Source: Desulfovibrionaceae bacterium (lineage in GTDB: Bacteria; Desulfobacterota; Desulfovibrionia; Desulfovibrionales; Desulfovibrionaceae). Taken from it: DNA of 64,000 nucleotides. Both the position numbers and the translations under genes were made by a program. The stretch spans positions 79,196 to 143,195 of the forward strand of contig JAZHDD010000059.1 of the NCBI GenBank assembly GCA_036541255.1. Direction: 5' to 3'. Below are positions 17,790-26,905 of this stretch, piece after piece. The notes below the pieces were generated by a model. The model was not told the origin of the DNA, searched no databases, and worked only from the letters and a program-made list of their open reading frames with translations. Position 1 is the first letter of the stretch. Each line of letters starts with the position of its first letter.

Positions 17790-19205
17790 TTAGAACTTGT
17801 ACTCGATGCCCAGGGTCATGCGAGCAGCGTCATCGTCGTCACCGTTGTTGGCGGTGGCCCAGACATCGGAGTCGAAGTCGGCGGCGATGTAACCGATACC
17901 CAGGGTAGCGGTCAGCTGGTCGTAGATCTTGTACTGGTTCACGATGCTGAATTCCCAAATGGAATCCTGATCGGTCAGGGTGCGGCCGTAGGCCACGGAA
18001 CCGAACACGGCGTCGTTGCCGGTGAAGCGGTCGCCGATGGACTCGTCGTTGGTGCCCTGAGCGTACATGATGGTGATGGAGTGGGTCAGGCCCTCAAGGA
18101 AGGAAATGTCCTTGAAGTTCATGCCCAGCTGCCAGTTGCCCATCTGCTGAGCGACGGACTGCAGGCCGTTGTCGATAGCCATGCCACCGGAATTGAAGAA
18201 GTAGTTGCCGAAGCCGTAGTCGCCGCCAACGGTGGGCAGGCGCTCGGAGTCGCCGTTGCCTTCGGAGGAGTTTCCATCCTCACCGGAGGAGTAGGAGAAG
18301 AACAGCTCGGGGGTCACGAAATCAAAACCAGTGTAGGAGACAGCCAGGTCGGCCAACCAACCGGAACGGTCCAGGTTGTCCTGGCCGGCGGAGGAGTTGC
18401 CGTAGATGAAGCTGGCGGTCAGCTTGATGGGATCGAACATGGTCAGGTCGAAGGTCAGGCCGCCGTACCACACGGACAGGCTGCCGTCTTCTTCCATGGC
18501 CAGGGTGTTGTTGGAGGTCAGCAGGCCGACACCAACAGCATTGTAACGGTTGACGTTGCCGCCGGCAACCATGCCCTGCAGGAACTGCTCACCGGAGTAG
18601 CCATAGGCCAAGTACGGGGTCAGAGCGACGCCGTCAAAGGACAGGGGCACGGCCGCGAACAGGATGTCCATGGCGGTGTTGGCTTCTTCAGCATCCCACA
18701 GGTGGCTGTAAGGACGAGCCCAACCAGCCAGCAGGGAGACGTTGTCGGTCAGAGGAGCGGACATGACGAAAGCAGCCACGTCGTTGTCCAGGACCGGGTT
18801 GCCAGCAGCGCCGGCGGGCAGAGCCAGGGGCATAAGACCAGCGTAGAAAGCGATGTCAGTGTTCGGCCACACCCAGTTGATGTAGGCGGACTTGACTTCG
18901 ATCTGGGTCTGGTCAGCGTCGAAACGGGTGAAACCGGCAGGGTTGCCCCATTCAGTGGAACCGATTTCGATCTGCAGAGCGCCCATCAGGTTCTCATTCG
19001 CAGTGAAGTTGAACTGGGTGCGCAAGCGCTGACGGACGTCGAAGTCGGACTCGACGTCACCAGCGTTGTCGCTGAAATCTTCGTTGTCAGTCCACTGAGC
19101 GAAGATTTTCCAAGAACCGGTGGCGGTGAGGTCGGCGGCGGCAGCCATGGAGGCGGTGCCGAGGACCATGGCGAGCAGAGTCGCCAGAACCACGATGCGT
19201 TTCAT
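17790..19205 (-). CDS. Outer-membrane homotrimeric porin (Desulfovibrio type)
   Basis: Signal peptide, QRLRTQFNFTANENL, IEVKSAYI, C-terminal YKF, strong codon bias; AAGGAAGG RBS. Confidence 0.9.
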   Translation of the reverse strand: MKRIVVLATLLAMVLGTASMAAAADLTATGSWKIFAQWTDNEDFSDNAGDVESDFDVRQRLRTQFNFTANENLMGALQIEIGSTEWGNPAGFTRFDADQTQIEVKSAYINWVWPNTDIAFYAGLMPLALPAGAAGNPVLDNDVAAFVMSAPLTDNVSLLAGWARPYSHLWDAEEANTAMDILFAAVPLSFDGVALTPYLAYGYSGEQFLQGMVAGGNVNRYNAVGVGLLTSNNTLAMEEDGSLSVWYGGLTFDLTMFDPIKLTASFIYGNSSAGQDNLDRSGWLADLAVSYTGFDFVTPELFFSYSSGEDGNSSEGNGDSERLPTVGGDYGFGNYFFNSGGMAIDNGLQSVAQQMGNWQLGMNFKDISFLEGLTHSITIMYAQGTNDESIGDRFTGNDAVFGSVAYGRTLTDQDSIWEFSIVNQYKIYDQLTATLGIGYIAADFDSDVWATANNGDDDDAARMTLGIEYKF

Positions 19206-19480
19206 GTTGTTTCCTTCCTTCTTTGCAGTTTGAAAGCCAGCCAAAACAACCCTATCCTTCAGCGCCCTTATACAGAGGCCAAAACTGCTTTGCAAGGGTT
19301 TTTGACCATTTTTTTGACAAAAGTTAAATTTTTTTTACCGTCGAAATATTTGTACTCTTAGAGCGTTCTTTGATTATAAAGTTAATTGTTTCAGCGAACA
19401 AGGATGCATTTTTTGCTGAAAAACATAATGACCTGAAGGGGAATGTTGCCTTTGTCGAAAAAAATGACAAGTATCGATCC

Positions 19481-21322
19481 ATGAACACGGGCTTTGTTTT
19501 TCGGGGCGAAGAGTATCCGTCCACTCCTGGCGTCTATCTGATGAAAGGAGCGTCCGGGAGTATTTTATATGTGGGCAAGGCCAAGGCGCTTCGTAAACGG
19601 CTGGCTTCCTATTTCCGGCCCGGAGCACGGCTCACCCCCAAGACCTCGGCCTTGGTCGCCCGAGTGCGAACAGTGGATACGTTGCTGGCTTCCACGGAAA
19701 AAGAAGCTTTGCTGTTGGAAGCCAGTCTGATCAAGAAACACCGGCCTCCCTACAATATCGTTCTGCGTGACGATAAGCAGTACGTCTTGTTCCGTCTGGA
19801 AAAGAACGGCGAATATCCCCGGTTGCTCATGACGCGTCGAGTCGTACGTGACGGATCCGTCTATTTCGGTCCTTTTACCTCTGCGGCTGCGGCGCGTCAG
19901 ACCTGGAAACTCATCGGCAAGGCGTTTCCTTTGCGCAAGTGTTCCGACAACGTGTTCCGCAACCGGGTTCGGCCTTGTCTTTATTATGATATCGGCCAGT
20001 GCTGGGCGCCCTGCGTCCGTGATGTGGATAAAACAGCTTATAAGGATGTCGTGCGCCGGGTGGAGTTTTTTTTGCGTGGACGGACCAGCGAATTATTGGC
20101 GACCCTGGAGCGCGAAATGCAACAGCATGCCGAAGGGTTGCGGTTTGAACAGGCCGCGGAGTCGCGTGACTTGATACGCGACGTGCGCCGGACATTGGAA
20201 CGGCAGACAGCAGTGTTGCAACGGGAGGCGGACCTGGATGTCCTGGCCTTGACGGAAACCTCTTCCGGGTTGGGACTGGGGCAATTGTTCGTGCGACAGG
20301 GACGGCTGCTTGATGAAAAACGGTTTTCCTGGCCGGGCCTGACTCTGGACGAAGGGCCGGAGGTTTTGCAAAGCTTTTTGGTACAATTTTACGAAGCAGG
20401 CCGCATTGTTCCTGAGCGAATAGTCTTGCCCTACGAATTGGATGTGGCGCTGGCCGCAGAGTTATTGACGGAGCGACGCGGCGGCTTGGTTCGTGTCAGC
20501 CCTGCCACGACGTCGGAAGAACGGGGCCTTGTGGATTTGGCGCGTACGGTTGCTGCACGGCCTGATCCGCGGGAACAAGTTTCGGATATCACGGAATTAC
20601 TGCGCAGCAGATTGCGTCTCGGCGCTGCGGCGGAACGCATTGAGGGAGTGGATGCATCCCATCTTTCCGGGCAGGGATTGCGCGTCGGACAAGTCGTGTT
20701 TGTGCAGGGGCGCCCTGTGACCAGCGAATACCGTCTGTTTGCGTTTCCCGAGCTGGAGGGAGCATCCGACGATTACGGTGCCCTGGCAGCCTGGGCGCGG
20801 CGTCGGGTTGACGCGGGGCCGCCTTGGCCTGATTTGATTTTGTTGGACGGAGGCAAGGGGCAGCTCGCTGTGGTGGAGCGTGCTTTTGCCGAATGCCGTT
20901 CGTCAGGCGTGGAAGTACCGTTTCTTGAATTGTCGGCCATTGCCAAAGGGCCTTCGCGACGTGCCGGGGAACTGGAAGACCGCATTTTTCGTCCTGGTCG
21001 AAAGAACCATGTCAATTTGAAGTCAGGATCGCCTGAATTGCTTTTCCTGCAACGGGTGCGCGACGAAGCGCATCGCTTTGTGCTGGGCATGCAACGTCGT
21101 TCCCGGAAAAAGCAGATTTTGCAGAGCGAAGTGCAGGCCTTGCCTGGGATCGGCCCAAAAACAGCGCGGCTGCTCTGGGACCATTTTGGGTCTCTTGAGG
21201 CCATGCTTGCCGCTGATGTGCCGGCGTTGCGGAATGTTTCGGGAATAGGCGCAAAAAGAGCCGCGCAACTGCACACGGCTCTTTCGAGATTGCGAACAAG
21301 CCGCGGTTCTTCGACGGATTGA
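19481..21322 (+). CDS. uvrC: Excinuclease ABC subunit C
   Basis: PGVY..YVGKAK.L..RL.SYF GIY-YIG, YNIVLRDDK, UVR FEQAA, DGGKGQ, RDEAHRF, HhH. Confidence 0.96.
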   Translation: MNTGFVFRGEEYPSTPGVYLMKGASGSILYVGKAKALRKRLASYFRPGARLTPKTSALVARVRTVDTLLASTEKEALLLEASLIKKHRPPYNIVLRDDKQYVLFRLEKNGEYPRLLMTRRVVRDGSVYFGPFTSAAAARQTWKLIGKAFPLRKCSDNVFRNRVRPCLYYDIGQCWAPCVRDVDKTAYKDVVRRVEFFLRGRTSELLATLEREMQQHAEGLRFEQAAESRDLIRDVRRTLERQTAVLQREADLDVLALTETSSGLGLGQLFVRQGRLLDEKRFSWPGLTLDEGPEVLQSFLVQFYEAGRIVPERIVLPYELDVALAAELLTERRGGLVRVSPATTSEERGLVDLARTVAARPDPREQVSDITELLRSRLRLGAAAERIEGVDASHLSGQGLRVGQVVFVQGRPVTSEYRLFAFPELEGASDDYGALAAWARRRVDAGPPWPDLILLDGGKGQLAVVERAFAECRSSGVEVPFLELSAIAKGPSRRAGELEDRIFRPGRKNHVNLKSGSPELLFLQRVRDEAHRFVLGMQRRSRKKQILQSEVQALPGIGPKTARLLWDHFGSLEAMLAADVPALRNVSGIGAKRAAQLHTALSRLRTSRGSSTD

Positions 21323-21327
21323 CACAA

Positions 21328-22008
21328 TCAGCCGAAGTCGAGCGTTTGTCCTGGCTTGAGCGCGACGAGTTCGGTGTCTGGCGCAGCCAGACGAAGTTGT
21401 TCCGCAAAATCATCCGTATTTTGCTCAAGAACAGGGAATGTACCCCAATGCATGGGGACCACCATGCGGCATCCAAGCAGCTTGCAGGCATACGCGGCTT
21501 GACGTGGATCCATGGTGTAATGACCGCCGATGGGCAGCAGGGCCAGATCTATTTTGTGGAAGACGCTGAAGAGTTGCATGCTGCCAAAGAGGCCCGTATC
21601 GCCTGCATGGTAAAGGCAGAATCCGTCAGGCATGGTAAGAATATAGCCGGTTGCCGCGCCCGTGGCCGAGGAATGCATGGCCTGGACCATATGTACGGCC
21701 ACGCCGGCAACGTTCACCGTGCCGCCGATGTTCATGTCCAGCGCCAGTTCCTGGGGCAACCCTTGCTTGACGAGACTGCCTACGGTGTCGGCCACGCCGA
21801 CCAGGGTGGCTTTGGATGCCCGGCAGATTTCCAAGGCTTGCCCCACGTGGTCTCCGTGGTCATGGGTCAGCAATACCGCGTCCACTTGTCCTATTTCGGT
21901 GTAGAGTACAGGGGTGGTGGGATTGCCCTGAAAGAACGGATCAATGACGATGGTTTTGCCGTTCACACGAATGCGGAAGTTGGAATGTCCGTACCAGGTC
22001 AGTTCCAT
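21328..22008 (-). CDS. UPF0173 metallo-beta-lactamase-fold hydrolase
   Basis: GHSNF, THDHGDH, HAGDT, LPIGG, PMHWGTF. Confidence 0.92.
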   Translation of the reverse strand: MELTWYGHSNFRIRVNGKTIVIDPFFQGNPTTPVLYTEIGQVDAVLLTHDHGDHVGQALEICRASKATLVGVADTVGSLVKQGLPQELALDMNIGGTVNVAGVAVHMVQAMHSSATGAATGYILTMPDGFCLYHAGDTGLFGSMQLFSVFHKIDLALLPIGGHYTMDPRQAAYACKLLGCRMVVPMHWGTFPVLEQNTDDFAEQLRLAAPDTELVALKPGQTLDFG

Positions 22009-22020
22009 GGTGTGCTCCTT

Positions 22021-22590
22021 CTATTCTCCCCAACGGGAGGAAAGTTGGTGGCTGATACCAAGCTGGTCCAGAATGCGGCCTGCAAGATGGTCCACGAGGT
22101 CGGCGATGCTCAACGGGTTGTGGTAGAATCCTGGACAGGCGGGCAGGATGGTCGCGCCTGCGCGTTTGGCTTGCAGCATGTTGCGCAAGTGGATTTCATT
22201 GAGGGGTGTTTCCCGGGGGACCAGAATCAACGGGCGGTTTTCCTTGAGTGTGACGTCTGCAGCGCGATGGATAAGGTTGTTGCCCATGCCGTTGGCTATG
22301 GCCGCCAAGCTGGCCATGCTGCATGGGCAGACGATCATGCCGTGATGTATCCAGGAACCGCTTGCCGGCGGCGCTCCGATGTCAGAGACCTTGTGCGCAG
22401 CGCAGGCAGGGCCGGTCAGGTCTACAGTGGAATTTCCCGTCTCTCGTTTCATGACTTCCCGTGCGGCGTCTGAAATGATGAGGTGCAGTTCAATGTCGTC
22501 CCGACCGCCAAGTTCTCCTGCCAAAGCGGTGGCGTAGGCCGAGCCGCTTGCGCCTGTGACGGCGAGTATGATGCGTTTTTTCATGTCCAT
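22021..22590 (-). CDS. ubiX: Flavin prenyltransferase
   Basis: TGASG, ASGS, PCSM, RAADVTLKE, PRETP, PGFY. Confidence 0.95.
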   Translation of the reverse strand: MDMKKRIILAVTGASGSAYATALAGELGGRDDIELHLIISDAAREVMKRETGNSTVDLTGPACAAHKVSDIGAPPASGSWIHHGMIVCPCSMASLAAIANGMGNNLIHRAADVTLKENRPLILVPRETPLNEIHLRNMLQAKRAGATILPACPGFYHNPLSIADLVDHLAGRILDQLGISHQLSSRWGE

Positions 22591-22703
22591 AGAATACATC
22601 AGCGGAGTAGGAGTGACAAGGCGAAGCGTGCTTGTCGGATTAGTAGTCCTAGGGTAAAAGGAGTTGACAGCGGCAAGGATGGAGTATAGCGATTCCCACT
22701 CGC

Positions 22704-22780
22704 GGGCAATTAGCTCAGATGGATAGAGCGCCAGCCTCCGGAGCTGGAGGCCGCAGGTTCGAATCCTGCATTGCCCACCA
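22704..22780 (+). tRNA. tRNA-Arg (anticodon CCG)
   Basis: GGGCAAT/ATTGCCC acceptor stem, CCAGC-CTCCGGA-GCTGG anticodon arm, GGTTCGAATCC, encoded CCA; TTGACA at 22664. Confidence 0.97.
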
Positions 22781-22791
22781 TGACTGTATGG

Positions 22792-22827
22792 AATCCGACC
22801 ACATATTGTGGTCGGATTTTTCTTTTT
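22792..22827 (+). terminator. Terminator after tRNA-Arg
   Basis: AATCCGACCACA-TAT-TGTGGTCGGATT plus T-tract. Confidence 0.85.
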
Positions 22828-23443
22828 AAGCTTTTGATGATTTTGAGTTGCAAAACCATTGATCGTTTTAGTGGAAAAAATGTGCAAGATATTATTATAT
22901 GCTAATGTTTTTTGACTACTTTGGAGTAATGTTGTGTTCAGATAAAGTATGTCTGAATTCAATATTAATGCACATAGGAACTCGCACTCTAGAGACTGAT
23001 GAGCGTAGTTGTATCGATTGAGTTGATATTTGTCAGGCAATGTATCGCGATGCTCTTTTTTTTCTCCATTATAGACAAACGCAAAAGCACTTTTTATATG
23101 ACATGTATTGTTATTGGAGTGCTGCCTAATTTGTTTTATTGATATTATATAACTTTTCCTTTTGGATTTAATACGCTGTTTCTTGTCCAGGAAAGCGATG
23201 GTCTTGTCATAAAACAAGAATACAGGCTTTGTTTTGAGATTGAATGCTTGCCTGTGCTTTGCAGTAAATCTCATTATTCATTGTTTTGTCTTTTTATTAC
23301 AGCGTATTGTGTTAATTTTTTAATCGCTGATTTTTTATTCTACACCTCTTCACAAGACAAAGGTTTAGACCTATGCAGGCTCATTCACGACGGGAGAGGC
23401 TGTTGCCTTGACCTATCGCCGATCGAACCAACAGGAGCAACGA

Positions 23444-23845
23444 ATGGCTCTCAAGATTCTTTTGATTGATGACGAGGAAAGTCTGAGCGAGGTGCACCGT
23501 AAGCGGTTGCATCATCGTGGGTATGAGGTGTTGGTCGCCTCAAGCGGCAAACAATCTTTGGAGGTTGTGGCGAACCATGATGATATCGCCGTGGCCGTGC
23601 TTGACGTGCGTATGCCTGGGATGGACGGCATCGAACTGACTTCACGATTGAAGCAGGTGCGTCCCGACTTGGAAATCATAATTCTCACAGCATATAATAC
23701 GCCTCTTTGTCGTATTGAATGTGCTCGTTGGGGGGCCCGTGATTTCCTTGTTAAACCGGTGGATGTAGATGAATTGGTCGCATCCATTGACAAGGCAGCT
23801 GCTGCGCGTGCCGATCGTATCGCCCGAATGGAGCGGACTGCCTAA
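23444..23845 (+). CDS. Stand-alone response regulator receiver protein
   Basis: LIDDE, LDVRMPGMDG, LTA, KP; AGGAG RBS. Confidence 0.92.
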   Translation: MALKILLIDDEESLSEVHRKRLHHRGYEVLVASSGKQSLEVVANHDDIAVAVLDVRMPGMDGIELTSRLKQVRPDLEIIILTAYNTPLCRIECARWGARDFLVKPVDVDELVASIDKAAAARADRIARMERTA

Positions 23846-23931
23846 AAACGAGTGCGTTAACGCACATTACCCACTTTAACCTTGCCGAATTGGCAAATTT
23901 TTTCCTGTAAAATTACAGGAGGCCTATAGTT

Positions 23932-25563
23932 ATGTCTTTTCAAAAGATACGTGGTGATATTTTTGGAGGACTCACGGCCGGTGTTATTGCTCTTCCTCTG
24001 GCTCTGGCCTTTGGAGTGGCCAGTGGACTGGGGCCCGCAGCCGGGCTGTATGGCGCCATTGCATTGGGGCTTTTGGCGGCAGTGTTCGGAGGTACCAGGA
24101 CCCAAGTCTCAGGCCCTACCGGCCCCATGACCGTGGTTACGGCAGCTGCTGTGGCATCCTTTGGCGGGGATTTATCCTGTGTTCTGTTGGTGGTCCTGCT
24201 GGCCGGTTTGTTGCAGGTCGTCTATGGTCTGGGCGGTCTCGGAGCTTTTGTTCGCTATATTCCCTATCCCGTGATTTCAGGCTTCATGAGCGGTATCGGG
24301 ATGATCATCATTTTTTTGCAGTTACAGCCGCTTTTGGGTGTCGCTGCGATGAATTCGCCTTTGCATGCCGTTCTGGCGCTTCCCGGTGCCTTGGCCCATG
24401 TGGATATGGCCAGCCTGGCTTTGGGGGTGGCGAGTATGGCCGTGGTCTTTCTCACCCCAGGACGAATCTCGCGGGTTATTCCATCACCGCTCATCGCCCT
24501 CGTGGTACTCAGTGTCGTGGCGACTGTGATGAAATTGCAGGTGCCTGTCATCGGCAGCATCCCCTCTGGCTTGCCCGGATTCCATCTGCCGTCTTTTTTT
24601 GCGCAAGACTGGGGAAAAGTATTGGGATTCGCTTTCAGTCTCAGTTTGCTCGGCACTATCGACACCTTGTTGACGTCCATCATCTCGGATTCCCTGACTC
24701 GCGATCGGCATGATCCCCGACGTGAACTTATTGGCCAGGGCATAGGCAACATGTTCGCCGCACTCACGGGAGGCCTGGCCGGAGCAGGAGCGACCATGCG
24801 TACCGTGGTGAACATCAAGGCCGGAGGAAATTCACGCTTGTCTGGCGTGATCCATGCGTTGTTTCTTCTGGCTGTGTTGCTTGGACTCGGTCCGTTGGCC
24901 TCACATATTCCCTTGGCGGTCTTGGCGGGAATTTTGTTCAAGGTTGGCGTGGATATTCTTGATTATCGCATGCTTCGTTTGCTGCGTTTCGCTCCGAAGC
25001 CCGACGTGATCGTGATGGTGACGGTGTTTTTTGTAACGGTATTTTTTGATCTGATTGTTGCCGTAGGAGTGGGCGTGACCATGGCGTCCTTGCTTTTAAC
25101 CTATCGCATGTCCCGGCAGACGCAAGTCAAGGTCAGCGAGGTTGAACCATCTGGCGAACAGTTGGAGCGCGAACGTGAGCTTATTGAATTGAGCGGTCGT
25201 ACGGTTCGCGTCATCAGTGTGCGCGGCCCGTTCTTTTTCGGCTCGTCCGCGCAGATGCAGGACAAGGTTGATAAGCTGCTGGGCACGCGAGTGGTTATTG
25301 TGGAATGTCTGGACGTGCCGTTCATGGATCTTTCCGCCGTTTTTGCCCTGGGAGAAATGATTGAAAAGCTCAAGGCCGCGGGAGTGGACGTGATTGTTGC
25401 GGCCGCATCGGAACATCTGCGAGGATTGGAAAAATGCGGCATCGTTCGCATGATTGGAACGGACCATGTTTTCAGCGACCACGAGGCCGCTGTGGAATGT
25501 GCATTGTCGGCGGTTGCTCTGACCGAAGCAGGGACGACCGATTACGCTCTTACCACTCCTTGA
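23932..25563 (+). CDS. SulP/BicA family anion transporter with STAS domain
   Basis: GD..GG.TAGVIALPLALAFG, SGPTGPM, GATMRT, C-terminal GPFFFG and D.SA. Confidence 0.93.
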   Translation: MSFQKIRGDIFGGLTAGVIALPLALAFGVASGLGPAAGLYGAIALGLLAAVFGGTRTQVSGPTGPMTVVTAAAVASFGGDLSCVLLVVLLAGLLQVVYGLGGLGAFVRYIPYPVISGFMSGIGMIIIFLQLQPLLGVAAMNSPLHAVLALPGALAHVDMASLALGVASMAVVFLTPGRISRVIPSPLIALVVLSVVATVMKLQVPVIGSIPSGLPGFHLPSFFAQDWGKVLGFAFSLSLLGTIDTLLTSIISDSLTRDRHDPRRELIGQGIGNMFAALTGGLAGAGATMRTVVNIKAGGNSRLSGVIHALFLLAVLLGLGPLASHIPLAVLAGILFKVGVDILDYRMLRLLRFAPKPDVIVMVTVFFVTVFFDLIVAVGVGVTMASLLLTYRMSRQTQVKVSEVEPSGEQLERERELIELSGRTVRVISVRGPFFFGSSAQMQDKVDKLLGTRVVIVECLDVPFMDLSAVFALGEMIEKLKAAGVDVIVAAASEHLRGLEKCGIVRMIGTDHVFSDHEAAVECALSAVALTEAGTTDYALTTP

Positions 25564-25900
25564 AGATGACAAATGTGGCCAGGACGATGAGCGCGAAACC
25601 AAGAATATGATTCCAACGAATGCGTTCACCTAAATACAAAATGGAGAAGCCGAGGAATACCGTAAGCGAGATGACTTCTTGGATTGTCTTCAGTTCAACG
25701 GCGTTGAAATGGCCATAGCCGATGCGGTTGGCCGGAACCTGAAAGCAGTATTCGAAAAATGCGATTCCCCAGCTCGCAAGGATGACGACAAGCAGGGGGA
25801 CTGCCTTGAAGCGAAGATGGCCATACCAGGCAAAGGTCATAAACAGGTTGGATACTGCCAAAAGGCCTACTGTGGTGACGGGAATCCCAGGAAAACTCAT
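25550..25900 (-). CDS. DMT superfamily small membrane protein (DUF486)
   Basis: SNLFMTFAWYGHL, FFEY..QVPANRIG, LKTIQE. Confidence 0.9.
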   Translation of the reverse strand: MSFPGIPVTTVGLLAVSNLFMTFAWYGHLRFKAVPLLVVILASWGIAFFEYCFQVPANRIGYGHFNAVELKTIQEVISLTVFLGFSILYLGERIRWNHILGFALIVLATFVIFKEW

Positions 25901-26294
25901 CTGGCTCTCCTTTGCTGGTGGCAGGCGTTGATTAAGTGAGCGGTAGTCTCACAGGTTTTCAGAGACGGCAAGCAGAAAAATGGTTCGTCAACATGAATAA
26001 AACAGCATATTCGGTGAGGGATTGATGAGCGTTTTATATCAGGCCGTAATTTTGTGAAAAATAAATTCACATAGTGCTTTTTATTTCTTGACGAGGCTCT
26101 TTGCTTGGCGTAAGCAGAGGTAACTTTGAATCCAGTGGCGTCCATGGAGACGCGGTCGCACACGGTCGACCCGAGCTGGCGAGATTATACCGGGGTTTGC
26201 AAGGGGCAGTGCGGCATCTTGTGCACTGTCCCTTGTTTTTAGGCGCATGGGCGCCATAGAACAGTTATACGATTTACTTGGAGATTTTGTAGGA

Positions 26295-26561
26295 ATGAGC
26301 AAGAACATTTATGTGGGCAATCTCCCCTGGAGTGCCACCGAAGAGGAAGTGCGTGCCGCGTTTGCCAATCATGGCGAGGTTATCTCCGTCAAGCTGATCG
26401 AAGATCGTGAGACCGGACGCCCCCGTGGCTTCGGCTTTGTCGAGATGGACGATCAGGGTGCTCTCGCCGCTATCGAGAGCCTGGACGGCAGCAACTTCGG
26501 CGGCCGGAACATTAAGGTCAACGAAGCTCGCCCCCGCGCCGAGCGCCCCTCGCGCTGGTAA
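26295..26561 (+). CDS. RRM RNA-binding protein
   Basis: RNP2 IYVGNL, RNP1 [15 protein letters not shown]. Confidence 0.96.
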   Translation: MSKNIYVGNLPWSATEEEVRAAFANHGEVISVKLIEDRETGRPRGFGFVEMDDQGALAAIESLDGSNFGGRNIKVNEARPRAERPSRW

Positions 26562-26652
26562 TTGCCCGCGCTTGCGCCATTTCTTGGCATTTGAGCCCGC
26601 TTCCGATTCGGGGGCGGGCTTTCCCGTCTCAAACACAACCCATGGAGGTTGC

Positions 26653-26871
26653 ATGTCAAAGCAGGAAGGGATCACGGTTCAGGGAACCGTTGAAGAGGCG
26701 CTGCCCAACGCCATGTTTAAGGTTGAACTCGAAAATGGGCATGAAGTTTTGGCACACATTTCCGGTAAGATGCGCAAATTCCGCATTCGAGTAATGCCAG
26801 GTGACACCGTTAGCGTTGAGCTCTCCCCCTACGACCTCACTCGGGGTCGCATTACCTTCCGGCCCAGATAA
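26653..26871 (+). CDS. infA: Translation initiation factor IF-1
   Basis: [33 protein letters not shown]; GGAGG RBS. Confidence 0.98.
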   Translation: MSKQEGITVQGTVEEALPNAMFKVELENGHEVLAHISGKMRKFRIRVMPGDTVSVELSPYDLTRGRITFRPR

Positions 26872-26905
26872 GCGCCCTGCGCCACATTTCCAAACCAAGG
26901 AACAC

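Noticed and set aside
17709-19361. 550-aa plus-strand ORF opposite the porin
   Set aside because: Antisense shadow of a strongly codon-biased gene; no RBS or recognisable motifs. The same applies to other long shadows such as 3181-4410, 11215-12552, 34785-36278, 50610-52709 and 59353-61395.
22591-23274. N-terminal extension making UbiX 417 aa
   Set aside because: It would run antisense through tRNA-Arg and its promoter; UbiX homology starts at MKKRIILAVTGASG.
23891-23906. TGGCAAATTTTTTCCT as a sigma54 promoter for sulP
   Set aside because: The -12 element lacks the conserved GC.
26053-26071. TGTGA-N9-TCACA as a CRP/FNR or Rex site
   Set aside because: The spacer is 9 nt rather than the 6 nt those regulators require; it is a real palindrome but cannot be assigned.
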